Shown here in pieces: positions 10,231 to 19,952 of a stretch of DNA of 39,370 nucleotides (positions are counted from its first letter, which is position 1; every line of letters starts with the position of its first letter). This DNA comes from Lachnospiraceae bacterium (lineage in GTDB: Bacteria > Bacillota > Clostridia > Lachnospirales > Lachnospiraceae). The stretch lies in contig JAGCXZ010000166.1 of assembly GCA_017961065.1 (NCBI GenBank), positions 1 through 39,370 of the forward strand, written 5' to 3'. Below the pieces are notes generated by a model. That model did not search any database. It saw only the letters and a list, made by a program, of their open reading frames with translations, and was not told where the DNA came from. The translations under genes were made by a program, and so were the position numbers.

Positions 10231-10264
10231 AGCAAAGGCGGCATTTGCCGCCTTTGCTTTTTTC
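10231..10264. terminator. Bidirectional intrinsic terminator between convergent genes
   Basis: AGCAAAGGCGGC-ATTT-GCCGCCTTTGCT perfect hairpin, followed by TTTTTT and preceded by A-rich sequence. Confidence 0.8.
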
Positions 10265-10267
10265 TGT

Positions 10268-11914
10268 TTATTCGAAATCAACACTTCCGGATGTGATGAA
10301 CTTTCCTGACTTTCTGTCAAACAGGAAGATGTCATTTCCTGCGATATCAAAGTTCACGGTCTCGCCGAGATTAAAGGTCGTCCCGCCGAAAACTACACCC
10401 GTCAGCAGGAAGTCCTCCACGCGGAGCTTGATCGTGGATTCCATACCGGTAGGCATGGCACCGTAGATCTCCGCGGAAAGTTTTCCTTCTCCGATCTTCA
10501 GCCTCTCCGGCCTGATCCCGAGCACGAAATCTTCATTTGTGATCACAGGCTCTTCCTGAATACTGAAGTCGTCTTCATTGACTTTGGCGATGTGGTATTT
10601 GAATACCTCATCCTTGTTCCCTTTTTCGACTGCCTTCTTATCCGTCATGGACTTTGCGTATGCAGCCTTCCTGTCTTCTTCCTCCTGATCTCTCTTTGCA
10701 AACCAGGCATCCATATCGATGTCTTCCTTGGGAACGAATTTTGCCTTTTTGCCGTTCAGCAGCGAGATGGCGATCGAGCCGTCGCTCTGCTGTTTTCCCT
10801 TTGCATCGGCAAAGTTGATCGAAGGATTCCCGACAAAGTCTGCCACAAACAGGTTGTTGGGTCTATTGTAAACCGTAAGCGGCGCGTCGTATTGCTGTAA
10901 TACGCCGTTGTTGATCAGGCAGATCTTTGTGGCAAGCGTCATGGCCTCCATCTGATCATGCGTTACATATACGAAGGTGCTGCCCGTCTCAATGTGCAGA
11001 CGCTGCAGTTCGTAACGCATCTCCAGACGGAGCTTCGCGTCCAGATTGGACAGCGGCTCATCCATGAACAGAACCTGCGGTTCCGGTGCAAGCGTTCTGG
11101 CAATGGCTACTCTCTGCTGCTGTCCGCCGGAGAGTTCTGCCGGATATCTGTCCATGAACATTCCGATCTTAACGATCCTCGATACTCTCCTGACTGCCAG
11201 ATCGACTTCTTCCTTGTTCAGTTTCCGGACGCTTGTCTGTACCTTTCCGTCTTTGACAAGTTCAAACTTGTCGTTCAGCGTATAACCCTTACTCTTTACA
11301 TCCGAACAGATTGCCTCAAATTCCTTCTCCAGCTCCTGCTTCTTGGCGCTTGCCGCGCTCTTCGGATCGGATGCTTCATGGATCTTATAGCCGAACAGTT
11401 TCTTGGCGCTGTACAGGGAGATGATGAAGGTGTCGATGAACTTCAGGTATACCTTATCCATGTCCAGCTTGTTATTCTTGTCGTAGCATTCACCGACCAG
11501 GTCCTTGATCTTGTTTCCGTCCGATAACGCATCGATCTGTCCCTTCAGGGCAAGCGCGTCCGTTCTGACGGTCGGCATTTCTTCTTTCTTGTTTCCCAGA
11601 CCGAAGGCGATATTCTGATATACCGTCATATTCGGCCACAGGGCATAGTTCTGGAACAGGAATCCCACTTTTCTTTTGTTGGCAGGAACATTGATCCCTG
11701 CATCGCTGTCAAACACTACACGGTCACCGATCGTGATCCTGCCGCTCGTAGGTGTCTCAAGTCCGGCGATCATTCGAAGTGTGGTGGTTTTACCGCATCC
11801 GGAAGGACCGAGCAGTGTGATGAACGCATTGTCTTCTATGTCGAGGTCGAGATGGTCTACGGCGTAAAACTTACCCCATCTCTTGGTCACATTTGTTAAT
11901 TTGATTTCCGGCAT
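10268..11914 (-). CDS. ABC transporter ATP-binding protein (MalK/PotA/FbpC type) with a large insertion in the helical subdomain
   Basis: Start MPEIKLTNV at 11914 after GGAGG. Walker A GPSGCGKTT, signature LSGGQQQRV, Walker B VLFMDEP, H-loop VTHD. About 155 aa lie between FGL and LSGGQ, versus ~35 aa in typical members. Confidence 0.9.
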   Translation of the reverse strand: MPEIKLTNVTKRWGKFYAVDHLDLDIEDNAFITLLGPSGCGKTTTLRMIAGLETPTSGRITIGDRVVFDSDAGINVPANKRKVGFLFQNYALWPNMTVYQNIAFGLGNKKEEMPTVRTDALALKGQIDALSDGNKIKDLVGECYDKNNKLDMDKVYLKFIDTFIISLYSAKKLFGYKIHEASDPKSAASAKKQELEKEFEAICSDVKSKGYTLNDKFELVKDGKVQTSVRKLNKEEVDLAVRRVSRIVKIGMFMDRYPAELSGGQQQRVAIARTLAPEPQVLFMDEPLSNLDAKLRLEMRYELQRLHIETGSTFVYVTHDQMEAMTLATKICLINNGVLQQYDAPLTVYNRPNNLFVADFVGNPSINFADAKGKQQSDGSIAISLLNGKKAKFVPKEDIDMDAWFAKRDQEEEDRKAAYAKSMTDKKAVEKGNKDEVFKYHIAKVNEDDFSIQEEPVITNEDFVLGIRPERLKIGEGKLSAEIYGAMPTGMESTIKLRVEDFLLTGVVFGGTTFNLGETVNFDIAGNDIFLFDRKSGKFITSGSVDFE

Positions 11915-11915
11915 C

Positions 11916-13736
11916 TCAGTTTCCTCCAATACCTTCGTCCAGGCTTGCACCCGTGAGTTTGTTTACCAGTGTGTTAAATACCAGGATCAGTACGATCAGG
12001 ATCAGGTTGATCGCGCTTGAGAACGCGTACAGTCCCATCTCGTCAAAGTAATCCAGCGTTGTTGAGAGGATGAAGCCCTGCGTACACAGCAGCAGGAACA
12101 GCGACAGTTCTCTTAAGCACGTCATGAACGGAAGCAGATATCCGCTGATGATCGATGACTTCTGAATCGGAACGATGATCCTGAACATACGCTTGAACCA
12201 TCCGATGTCCTGAATGACCGCAGCTTCTTCGATCTCACCCGACAACTGCAGCATCGAGTTCAACGCGCTTCTGGATGCGAACGGGATATACTTGACCACG
12301 CCCACGATGATGAGCAGCGCATAGGTGTTGAACAGATTGATCTTCTCATTTGAGAACAGGATGAAGAACGCGGCACCGACAGCAAGCGAAGGCATGAGGT
12401 AAGGCAGGAATGCCATGTTGTTCACGTAGTTCGCCCATTTGCTCCTGCGGTTCTTGGAAACCGCGTAACCGATCAGTGTACCGATCGTTCCTGCGATCAG
12501 CGCACAGGCAACCGCTACCAGCAGTGTACCCTTCAGCGCGTGCCAGATCGTCTCGTTAAACAGGATACCTTTCTGGCCGTACAGTGCGTTCTCGGCATTG
12601 GTATTTGTGAGCCACCATTTTGTCGTTAAGTTTGCCGTATTGCCCGTATACAGGAAACTGTAGTCTCCCGGATTCGGAAGGAATGTTTCAAACGCGAACG
12701 ATACAATGGGAAAGATACTGGTAAAGAACGTGATGACGATCATGACGATCGCGATCACATGCTTGCCGAGCTTCCCGAGATTGATCTTGGAGATCTGACC
12801 GGATTTGCCCGTAACCGTCGTGTAATTCTTCCGGCTCTTTAAGCTCATCTGGTTCATGCCAAGGATCAGGATACCGAACAGCATCATGATGATGGCCAGG
12901 ATACTCGCTTCACCGGTATACTTGGAGTTCAAGGATACATACTTGGTGGAAAGCGTTGTCAGTCCCAGATAATGCGGAACCGGGTAAGATCCCATTGCGC
13001 TTCCGAATACCAGCAGGATCGTTGAGAGGATCGCCGGCTTAACCATGGGAAGCGTCACGCGGAACATGATCTTCCACTTTGGCGTATCCAGTATCGTTGC
13101 CGCTTCCTCAAGGTTCGCATCCATGTTGCGGAAGATCCCGCCGATCATGATGTATGCGAACGGTGCGTAGTGAAGACCCAGTACCATCGCACAGGGGAAA
13201 AGCCCCTGGCAGAACCACTTGGGCATCATGATCCCGAACAGGGATGTCAGCAGTCCGTTTGATGTACCCGTTACCGCATTGGAGTTAAACAGGTTCTGCC
13301 AGACAACAGCCAGCGTCCACTGCGGCATGATATAAGGAAAAATAAAGATAGAGCTTAAGTACTTCTTACATTTTAAGTTGGTCCTCGTCACAAGAAAGGC
13401 AAAAAGGCCGCCAAACAGGATAGAGATCAGACAGGTCAGGATGGCCAGCAGAACAGTGTTTCCGACCGGCGTCCAGAGATTTGTCTTTGCAAGTTTGCTT
13501 GTGAAGAGGTCTATATAATTCGCTACAGAATATCCTGTTGCTCTTCCCGTCAGGTGCTGGTCGATCGTACCCGGATGGATCTTGAAAGTATCTTTCACGA
13601 TCGCCACGATCGGGGCAACGGTCGTAAAGGTCAGCACGATGCCGAACAACAGAAGAATCACATTCTGCGGCTTCAAAAAATACGTTTTCACTTTGTTGCC
13701 GAGGACGGCAATGTTATTTCTGCGATCCGCTTCCAT
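11916..13736 (-). CDS. ABC transporter permease, fused double transmembrane domain (FbpB/ThiP-like architecture)
   Basis: Start MEADRRNNIAV at 13736 after AAGGAGAAGG. 606 aa, highly hydrophobic, with two permease halves each carrying an EAA-like loop (LEEAATILD..., IEEAAVIQD...). Confidence 0.85.
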   Translation of the reverse strand: MEADRRNNIAVLGNKVKTYFLKPQNVILLLFGIVLTFTTVAPIVAIVKDTFKIHPGTIDQHLTGRATGYSVANYIDLFTSKLAKTNLWTPVGNTVLLAILTCLISILFGGLFAFLVTRTNLKCKKYLSSIFIFPYIMPQWTLAVVWQNLFNSNAVTGTSNGLLTSLFGIMMPKWFCQGLFPCAMVLGLHYAPFAYIMIGGIFRNMDANLEEAATILDTPKWKIMFRVTLPMVKPAILSTILLVFGSAMGSYPVPHYLGLTTLSTKYVSLNSKYTGEASILAIIMMLFGILILGMNQMSLKSRKNYTTVTGKSGQISKINLGKLGKHVIAIVMIVITFFTSIFPIVSFAFETFLPNPGDYSFLYTGNTANLTTKWWLTNTNAENALYGQKGILFNETIWHALKGTLLVAVACALIAGTIGTLIGYAVSKNRRSKWANYVNNMAFLPYLMPSLAVGAAFFILFSNEKINLFNTYALLIIVGVVKYIPFASRSALNSMLQLSGEIEEAAVIQDIGWFKRMFRIIVPIQKSSIISGYLLPFMTCLRELSLFLLLCTQGFILSTTLDYFDEMGLYAFSSAINLILIVLILVFNTLVNKLTGASLDEGIGGN

Positions 13737-13817
13737 GACCTTCTCCTTGCTTATGCGCAGGCTCGATGCGCGCAACGCGCGCATCGTCTGCCTGCTTACC
13801 ACATGTTTTGTTACTGA

Positions 13818-15266
13818 TTATTCTGCTGCTTCCTCGCTGTACTTTGTCAGCAGTTCGATCCAGCTTCCTACGGTAAAGGATACGGATGCGCAGTACTCGG
13901 GATCCTCAAGAACGAGTTCGCCCGTTGTTGTCCACCAGTCATAGCCGCGGTCGTTCTTGCAGTCGTATACGTTGTTTCCTTCCTCATCATAGCCACCCTT
14001 GGAGTGGTTGTAAGTAGCTTCCGTAGCTGCTGCAACTTCCGGATTGGAGGAGTATCCGCCCATATCCTTACCCCATGCGCTGAAGCCTTCTTCCGTGCAG
14101 GTCATGTATGCAATGAATGCACATGCCGTCCAGGGAAGCGGAGAGTTGTCCGTTACGAACAGGTAGTGGCAGTAACCGTAACCGCCGATACCCTTGTAGC
14201 CGTCCTGATATGCTGCAACATTGATATTGTTTACGGATACGGAATCGGACTCTTCTACGGAACGCAGTTTGGAGTAAACCAGCAGACCGGACTGATCCGT
14301 TGCGGACTTGTCAACCAGCGTGTTGCAGATCGGGCCGTCATCTGTCTGTGCGTTGTAGCTCTCTACCCACAGTTTGATCCATGCCAGGGCATATGCGCCG
14401 TCAGCGCCAAGGCCCAGGTCAGCAGCCTCGGATTCCATCTCTGTGATGGTCGGCTGGAAGTATGCCTGCTCCTCGGCAGGAAGTGCGTTGAACGCATCCT
14501 TGAGCATTGCGGCGTACTTGTCTTCTGTCAGCATGTAAAGGAAGTTCTTGCCGACGATCTCGGAATCGATATCCATGTATAAGGAATGATTGCCTTCTGC
14601 TACGAAATCCCAGCAGTTGTCAAACACCTTGTCACCTGTGTTGTTGTACATGAAAACTTTGTTCAGTGTCTGCAGCGGAAGATATCCGACATAATCTGCA
14701 GGTGTTGTGCCGTTTGCTTCTGCCCACTCCTTGGGGATGAACGTATCCAGGATACCTGTCTGAACCATCTTGGACTCGATCTGGTTACCGTCCTGGATCA
14801 GTGTCATGGCAAATGTACCTGTATCCTTCAGGGAATCTGCTGTCAGCTGCTCGAAGATCTTGTTGTTCTTGGGCTGCTGCCATTCGAATTCCATCGTATA
14901 AGAAGGATCGATCGTCTGCAGATATTCGATGAACAGCGGAAGTGCATGTTTACCGCGGCTGGAATTACCTACGCCGTAGAATGTTGCGCCATTGGATTCC
15001 TCAATCGCCTTCTTGGCCAGTTCTTCCAGGGACATTCCTTCTGCTTCTTTGATGATCTGCTGTGTAGCCGTCAGATTCTCGGGCTCTTCTGCAGGTGCTG
15101 CCTCTTCGGCGGGTGCTGCTTCTTCAGCAGGTGCTGCTTCGGCAACGGCCTCTGTGCCGCCGTCTGCTGCAGGTGCCGCTGCAGGTGCTGCCGCATTGCC
15201 GCATCCGGCAAGTGCACTGATGATCATACAACCGGCTAATAAAATCGATACAACTTTCTTTTTCAC
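13818..15266 (-). CDS. ABC transporter extracellular solute-binding lipoprotein
   Basis: GTG start at 15266 after AGGAGGG. Lipobox LLAGC and ALAGCG, then an Ala/Pro/Glu linker with three PAEEAA repeats. It lies first in an operon with the permease and ATPase. Confidence 0.8.
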   Translation of the reverse strand: MKKKVVSILLAGCMIISALAGCGNAAAPAAAPAADGGTEAVAEAAPAEEAAPAEEAAPAEEPENLTATQQIIKEAEGMSLEELAKKAIEESNGATFYGVGNSSRGKHALPLFIEYLQTIDPSYTMEFEWQQPKNNKIFEQLTADSLKDTGTFAMTLIQDGNQIESKMVQTGILDTFIPKEWAEANGTTPADYVGYLPLQTLNKVFMYNNTGDKVFDNCWDFVAEGNHSLYMDIDSEIVGKNFLYMLTEDKYAAMLKDAFNALPAEEQAYFQPTITEMESEAADLGLGADGAYALAWIKLWVESYNAQTDDGPICNTLVDKSATDQSGLLVYSKLRSVEESDSVSVNNINVAAYQDGYKGIGGYGYCHYLFVTDNSPLPWTACAFIAYMTCTEEGFSAWGKDMGGYSSNPEVAAATEATYNHSKGGYDEEGNNVYDCKNDRGYDWWTTTGELVLEDPEYCASVSFTVGSWIELLTKYSEEAAE

Positions 15267-15322
15267 TTTTTTACCCTCCTGATTTGTTGAATGATTTTAG
15301 AGTTGCTTTAACTTCTGATCCG

Positions 15323-15370
15323 ATTATAAAAAAAAACAGTTTTGCACAAAATACGACAAAACTGTTTTTC
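15323..15370 (-). terminator. Intrinsic terminator of the two-component operon, abutting a TATAAT -10 for the ABC operon
   Basis: Minus-sense AAAACAGTTTTG-12nt-CAAAACTGTTTT followed by a long T run. TATAAT (plus-strand attata at 15323..15328) follows immediately. Confidence 0.75.
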
Positions 15371-15402
15371 GTTTTAAAATTCTGCTAATTGGTCCGAAAC
15401 GT

Positions 15403-16167
15403 CTATGAACGGTCCTGGTACTCCGACGGATTGACGCCCGTGACTTTCTTGAAGATCGTTGAGAAATAGGCGATATCACGGTACCCGACCAGTTCCGCGA
15501 CCTCATAAACTTTATGCTTCCTGCTCTTGAGCAGCTTCATGGCCGTGCGCATCCTATATCTTGTGATATACGCGTTCACCGTATAGTCGGTTTCCTTCTT
15601 AAAGATATGGCTCAAGTGACTTTCACTGATATCGATCGCTTCCGCGATGCTGCGGATGCTGATGTCCGGATCCGACAGATGTTCGCCGATGTAGTCAAGC
15701 GCGAGTGACACCAGTTTGGATTTGTCGCCCTTCTGCAATGCCGCATGGGACAGGACATCTTCCTCATGTCTCTCGTCTCCCGCCTGCTGTTTTTTCATCA
15801 ACTGGTTCCTGACGTCACAGATCGCCTGCTCCAGATCGCCGTCATCGTAGGGCTTCAGCAGGTAATCCGCCGCACTGTACCTGACCGCCTGCTGCGCGTA
15901 GGAAAAGTCGTTATAAGCCGACAGAAAGATCACATGGGTCTGATCCCCCTGCTCGCGAAGCGTCTTCAGCATCCGGATCCCGTCCATTTTAGGCATCCGG
16001 ATGTCGCTGATCACGATATCCGGGTGGTATTTGGCAATGGCGGCAAGCCCCTCTTCGCCGTTGGTCGCCTCACCGACCACCTCGCAGTCAAGCGCTGCCC
16101 AGTCGGTTTCCAACACGATTCCGTTGCGCACAACGTTCTCATCATCGATCACCAGAATTTTCAGCAT
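15403..16167 (-). CDS. Response regulator with AraC-type HTH output (YesN-like)
   Basis: Receiver domain MLKILVIDDE...DIVISDIRMPKMDG. C-terminal AraC HTH (SIAEAIDISESHLSHIFKKETD..., GYRDIAYFSTIFKKVTGVNPSEY). Confidence 0.9.
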   Translation of the reverse strand: MLKILVIDDENVVRNGIVLETDWAALDCEVVGEATNGEEGLAAIAKYHPDIVISDIRMPKMDGIRMLKTLREQGDQTHVIFLSAYNDFSYAQQAVRYSAADYLLKPYDDGDLEQAICDVRNQLMKKQQAGDERHEEDVLSHAALQKGDKSKLVSLALDYIGEHLSDPDISIRSIAEAIDISESHLSHIFKKETDYTVNAYITRYRMRTAMKLLKSRKHKVYEVAELVGYRDIAYFSTIFKKVTGVNPSEYQDRS

Positions 16168-17887
16168 TTTGATCCTCCGTAATCATGTTCTCAGCGCGCC
16201 GCACAGGCAGTTCCACGGTAACACGGACGCCGCCCTCTTTCAGATTCCTGGCATGCAGCCCGTAGTTCAGTCCGTAATGCAGGCGAATGATCGTATCTAC
16301 ATTATAGAAGCCGATATGTCCTTTCAGTTTTTCCCGGTCACGCTCGTTCAGCGTCTGCAGCATATCCTCGTCCATACCGCAGCCGTTGTCCTCGACATCT
16401 ATGATCAGCCTCTTGTCCTGCTCGTATACGTTCAGGAAGATATAGCCGTCCTCCCTGTCTTTTAAGCCGTGCACGATCGCATTCTCCACAATGGGCTGCA
16501 GGATCAGTTTCGGTACGATCACGTCCTCCAGCTCCATGGGCACTTCCGCGTCAAACGAAAACTTATCCGAAAAGCGGATCCGCTGGATATCCACATAATA
16601 GTTGACCAGACTGATCTCATCCGAGAGAGGCACAAAGATATCCGCGCTGATACTCGCGCGCAGGATCTTGGCAAGGGACGAGGAAAGCGTAGCCAGTTCC
16701 GGCACATGGTTGGCCTTTGCGATCCATTTGATGGAGTCGAGCGTATTATAAAGGAAATGCGGGTTCAGCTGCGCCTGCATCATGGCAATGTTGCTGTCGC
16801 TGAGCTCCTGCTGCTGCTTCGAGCGGAGTTTTACATAGACATCCAGTGCCTTTGTCATATCGTCAAAATCACGGGCCAGCTGTCCGAACTCATCCGGTCT
16901 GCTGCTGTTCATCTGTACGCTGAGATCTCCCTCGCGCACCTTGCCCATCGCTTCCGTCAGGCTCTCCAGCGGGGACATGAGCCTGCTGCTTAAGATCCTC
17001 GCTACGATAAAACTCAAGAGCAGCGCTCCGCCCGCGAGCGCAAACAGCACCAGGACCATCGTGCGCTTCAGACTGTCGGAAAAAACATCCCGCTTACCGA
17101 TCACCAGATGCAGTCCGCGATCCGGGATCTCACGCGTATAATATGTGAAGTCTTCTTTTCTGGTTTCCTGCGTGCCGTAGAACTTCTGCCTGTGCAGAAC
17201 GGATGCCAGATCGATCTGTCCGGCCGTTTCCGTGGAATAGATCTCCTCCCAGAATTCGTCGAGCACGACCATCTCGCTCTCACCGGCATGGATCTCTTTT
17301 AATATCTCTTCCAGTTTCCGATCGGAGATATCGGCGATCACAAACCCGATACAGCTATCGTCACTGACCATGGCCTGCGCCATGTAGATCGCCGCATCCT
17401 TGCTGTTCACCTCATAGGTGGCGTTGTGTAGGATCACCTGATCCGGATGTGTCATAGCCTCTTTGAGGATACCCCAGTATACCGGAAGGGATTCCATCTG
17501 ATCCGCCTCTGCCGTACTCAGAACACATCTGCCGCTCTCATCATAGACACGGAATACGGCGGGATCGCGCGTGACCTCCGTGACCGCAAGCGAAAACAGG
17601 CGGTTATATGCTTTCTTGACTGCCCAGCTGTCTGTTTCATGCAGACTCTCCGTGATCCTTTTATCGTTTAAGATCCCTTTGATGATCTGCTCGGTCTTAC
17701 CAAAAAACCGTTCCAGGACTTCTTCCGCTTCCTGCAGCTGCTGAGCGCTCTTTTTCTCGTAATCGTATTCTGTTTTTTGCTGCACCGCACTGATCAGAAA
17801 GCTACCGGAAAGCAGAAGCGTGATCAGGGCAATGAACAGGAAACTGAAAAACAGTTCCGTTTTAAACGATCGTTTCACCCTTTTCAC
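16142..17887 (-). CDS. Sensor histidine kinase (YesM-like: extracytoplasmic domain, HAMP, LytS-type His kinase, HATPase)
   Basis: N-terminal TM helix, a second TM helix followed by HAMP, H-box QLNPHFLYNTLDSI, ATPase motifs VENAIVHG and DNGCGM. Overlaps neighbouring genes at both ends. Confidence 0.9.
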   Translation of the reverse strand: MKRVKRSFKTELFFSFLFIALITLLLSGSFLISAVQQKTEYDYEKKSAQQLQEAEEVLERFFGKTEQIIKGILNDKRITESLHETDSWAVKKAYNRLFSLAVTEVTRDPAVFRVYDESGRCVLSTAEADQMESLPVYWGILKEAMTHPDQVILHNATYEVNSKDAAIYMAQAMVSDDSCIGFVIADISDRKLEEILKEIHAGESEMVVLDEFWEEIYSTETAGQIDLASVLHRQKFYGTQETRKEDFTYYTREIPDRGLHLVIGKRDVFSDSLKRTMVLVLFALAGGALLLSFIVARILSSRLMSPLESLTEAMGKVREGDLSVQMNSSRPDEFGQLARDFDDMTKALDVYVKLRSKQQQELSDSNIAMMQAQLNPHFLYNTLDSIKWIAKANHVPELATLSSSLAKILRASISADIFVPLSDEISLVNYYVDIQRIRFSDKFSFDAEVPMELEDVIVPKLILQPIVENAIVHGLKDREDGYIFLNVYEQDKRLIIDVEDNGCGMDEDMLQTLNERDREKLKGHIGFYNVDTIIRLHYGLNYGLHARNLKEGGVRVTVELPVRRAENMITEDQNAENSGDR

Positions 17888-18930
17888 TCATCCTTCCGTT
17901 TTGTCTGTCCCATGTAAGAATCCCAGGCTTGCAGGATCTCTTCTCTGTGCGTATTGGAATATGCGATGTCATAGCGCATCTCATCCGCGATCTCGGAGGA
18001 ACTGAAATCCGTACGGACGCTTCGCCGGTACAGCTGATCCTCCAGCAGATGCTGCACATCGTCACTTACGATGAATTCCATGAATTTTTCGGCATTCTCA
18101 CGGTGCGCCGCTCCCTTTATGATCGCCCCGCCGTCCGGAACCGCACAGGTCGCCTGCCGCGGATAGATCATCTCTATATCCGCGCCCGCCGCCTTCTTTT
18201 TCAGAGCGGTTTCCTCAAGCGTGATGCCGATCATTTTTTTACCGCTTGCCACGTCTTCCACGATCGTGTTGGATCCGTCCGACAGATCGCCGGCGAGGTT
18301 TTTGGTAAAAGCGGCGACCGCTTCTTCCGTTGTTTTTTCACGGTTCAGTCTCTGGACCAGAATAGACAGTGCCGTATAGGCGCTTCCGCTTTTTTCCGGA
18401 TCGGCAAATGCGATGTTCCCTTCCCACTGATACTCCAGAAGCTGCTGCCATGTCCTGGGCGCGCCTGATGGCAGGACCAGTTTCGTATTATAAACAAACA
18501 CCGTCGGGAGTTTGGAAAAAACTGTATAGGCGTGATCGGGGGACGCATAGGCAGGATCCAGTTTTTCATCCTGTGCGGTCACGTAAGGTTCAAAGTAAGC
18601 CTCGTATGCCTGCAGACTGTCCACACCGCCGCCAAACATGATGTCCGCGCCGCTCTGTCCGTTTTCGGACGCGATCTGCTGCAGCATCTCATTTGTCCCG
18701 CCGGCCACAACGTCAACCCAGATGCCGCTTCTTTCTTCAAACTCGCGGATGATGGGTTTATAGATCTCTTCCTTGTGCGCCGTGTAGACGACCAGCCTGT
18801 TCTCCGCCGCGGGAGTTTCCTCTCCGCTCTCGTTCTGCGCGCACGCGCTCAATAAAACCAACAGGCCTGCAAAGAGCAGCCCTGTCAGTCCGATTTTGCG
18901 TCTATTCTGTTTCTGCCATCGTGTGATCAT
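17884..18930 (-). CDS. Extracellular solute-binding lipoprotein (FbpA/AfuA-like fold), probable co-sensor of the kinase
   Basis: Lipobox LLSAC; RLVVYTAHKEEIYKPIIREFEERSGIWVDVVAGGTNEML. 4-nt start/stop overlaps with XdhC upstream and the kinase downstream. Confidence 0.8.
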   Translation of the reverse strand: MITRWQKQNRRKIGLTGLLFAGLLVLLSACAQNESGEETPAAENRLVVYTAHKEEIYKPIIREFEERSGIWVDVVAGGTNEMLQQIASENGQSGADIMFGGGVDSLQAYEAYFEPYVTAQDEKLDPAYASPDHAYTVFSKLPTVFVYNTKLVLPSGAPRTWQQLLEYQWEGNIAFADPEKSGSAYTALSILVQRLNREKTTEEAVAAFTKNLAGDLSDGSNTIVEDVASGKKMIGITLEETALKKKAAGADIEMIYPRQATCAVPDGGAIIKGAAHRENAEKFMEFIVSDDVQHLLEDQLYRRSVRTDFSSSEIADEMRYDIAYSNTHREEILQAWDSYMGQTKRKDE

Positions 18931-19952
18931 CTGTTATCTTCTTTTTTCGCGCGCACCAGGATCAGCTGCGCAGCGATCGAAACAGCGATCTCTGCCGGTG
19001 TTTCCGAACGGATATCAAGCCCGATCGGTGCTGTGATACGCGCGATATCTTTCTCCGTATATCCATCCTCTGTCAGCCGCTTCTGCGTTGCAGAGATCTT
19101 GCTCCTGCTGCCGATCACGCCGATATAGCAGGCCGGTGTGCGGAGCATCTCATAAAGGGCGCGGTAATCGTTCTGATGTCCCCGCGTCATGATGCAGACA
19201 TAATCATCTTCTGTGATCCGGGGTATCAGTTCTGCGATCTTATCAACCGGCAGACATATTGTCTCTGCAAGAGATCCGAACAGGACCGGATCCGCAAAGT
19301 CTTCCCTGTCCTCAACGACAACGCAGGAACAATCACACCGGGTAAGCACCGGAACCAGCTGCTGCGCCACATGACCGCCGCCGAATATATAGACGCGGCC
19401 TCCTCGGATCAGATTTTCAATGTAGTATTTCCTGCCCTCATATTCCGTTTTGACCGGCTTGTTCCCCGCAATGTTGTACACTTCTTCCGGGAAACGGCTT
19501 CCGAATGTCTCTCCGGTATCACAACGGATCCCGATCGCGGCATCTGCAGAAGATGTCATTTCCATGATCAGCCGGCAGGGCTTTCTCTGTTCGTACAACG
19601 CATCAAGCGCTTCCGTCAGTTCCGTAACCACTCTGTCGCCCGCGCTGATGTAGCGAAAGAACACGTCTACGTTTCCGCCGCAGATCATACCGATATCCGC
19701 GACATCGTTTCGCGAGAGCATGAAATGCTGCTCCGTATTTCTCTGTCCTCGGATCGCTTCCTGCGCGATACGGATACTCTCATGCTCAACCGCACCGCCG
19801 CCGATCGTTCCGGCGATCCTGCCGCCGGCACCGACAAGCATTCTGGCGCCGCTTCCTCTGGGTGCTGATCCCGCATCGGCAACGATCGTGACAAGAGCGG
19901 TATCTTCCCCCGCTTTTATTTTTTCTCTTAACTGATCAAATAGTTCACGCAT
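18927..19952 (-). CDS. XdhC/CoxI family accessory protein
   Basis: N-terminal XdhC_CoxI-like ALVTIVADAGSAPRGSGARMLV...GTIGGG. C-terminal Rossmann-like VYIFGGGHVAQQLVPVL ... IMTRGHQNDY ... IGVIGSRSK ... APIGLDI. Confidence 0.85.
   Translation of the reverse strand: MRELFDQLREKIKAGEDTALVTIVADAGSAPRGSGARMLVGAGGRIAGTIGGGAVEHESIRIAQEAIRGQRNTEQHFMLSRNDVADIGMICGGNVDVFFRYISAGDRVVTELTEALDALYEQRKPCRLIMEMTSSADAAIGIRCDTGETFGSRFPEEVYNIAGNKPVKTEYEGRKYYIENLIRGGRVYIFGGGHVAQQLVPVLTRCDCSCVVVEDREDFADPVLFGSLAETICLPVDKIAELIPRITEDDYVCIMTRGHQNDYRALYEMLRTPACYIGVIGSRSKISATQKRLTEDGYTEKDIARITAPIGLDIRSETPAEIAVSIAAQLILVRAKKEDNR

Noticed and set aside
15085-15145. Tandem DNA repeat (GCAGGTGCTGCYTCTTC-like units)
   Set aside because: It is the coding sequence of the PAEEAA x3 linker of the solute-binding lipoprotein on the minus strand, not a regulatory or mobile repeat.
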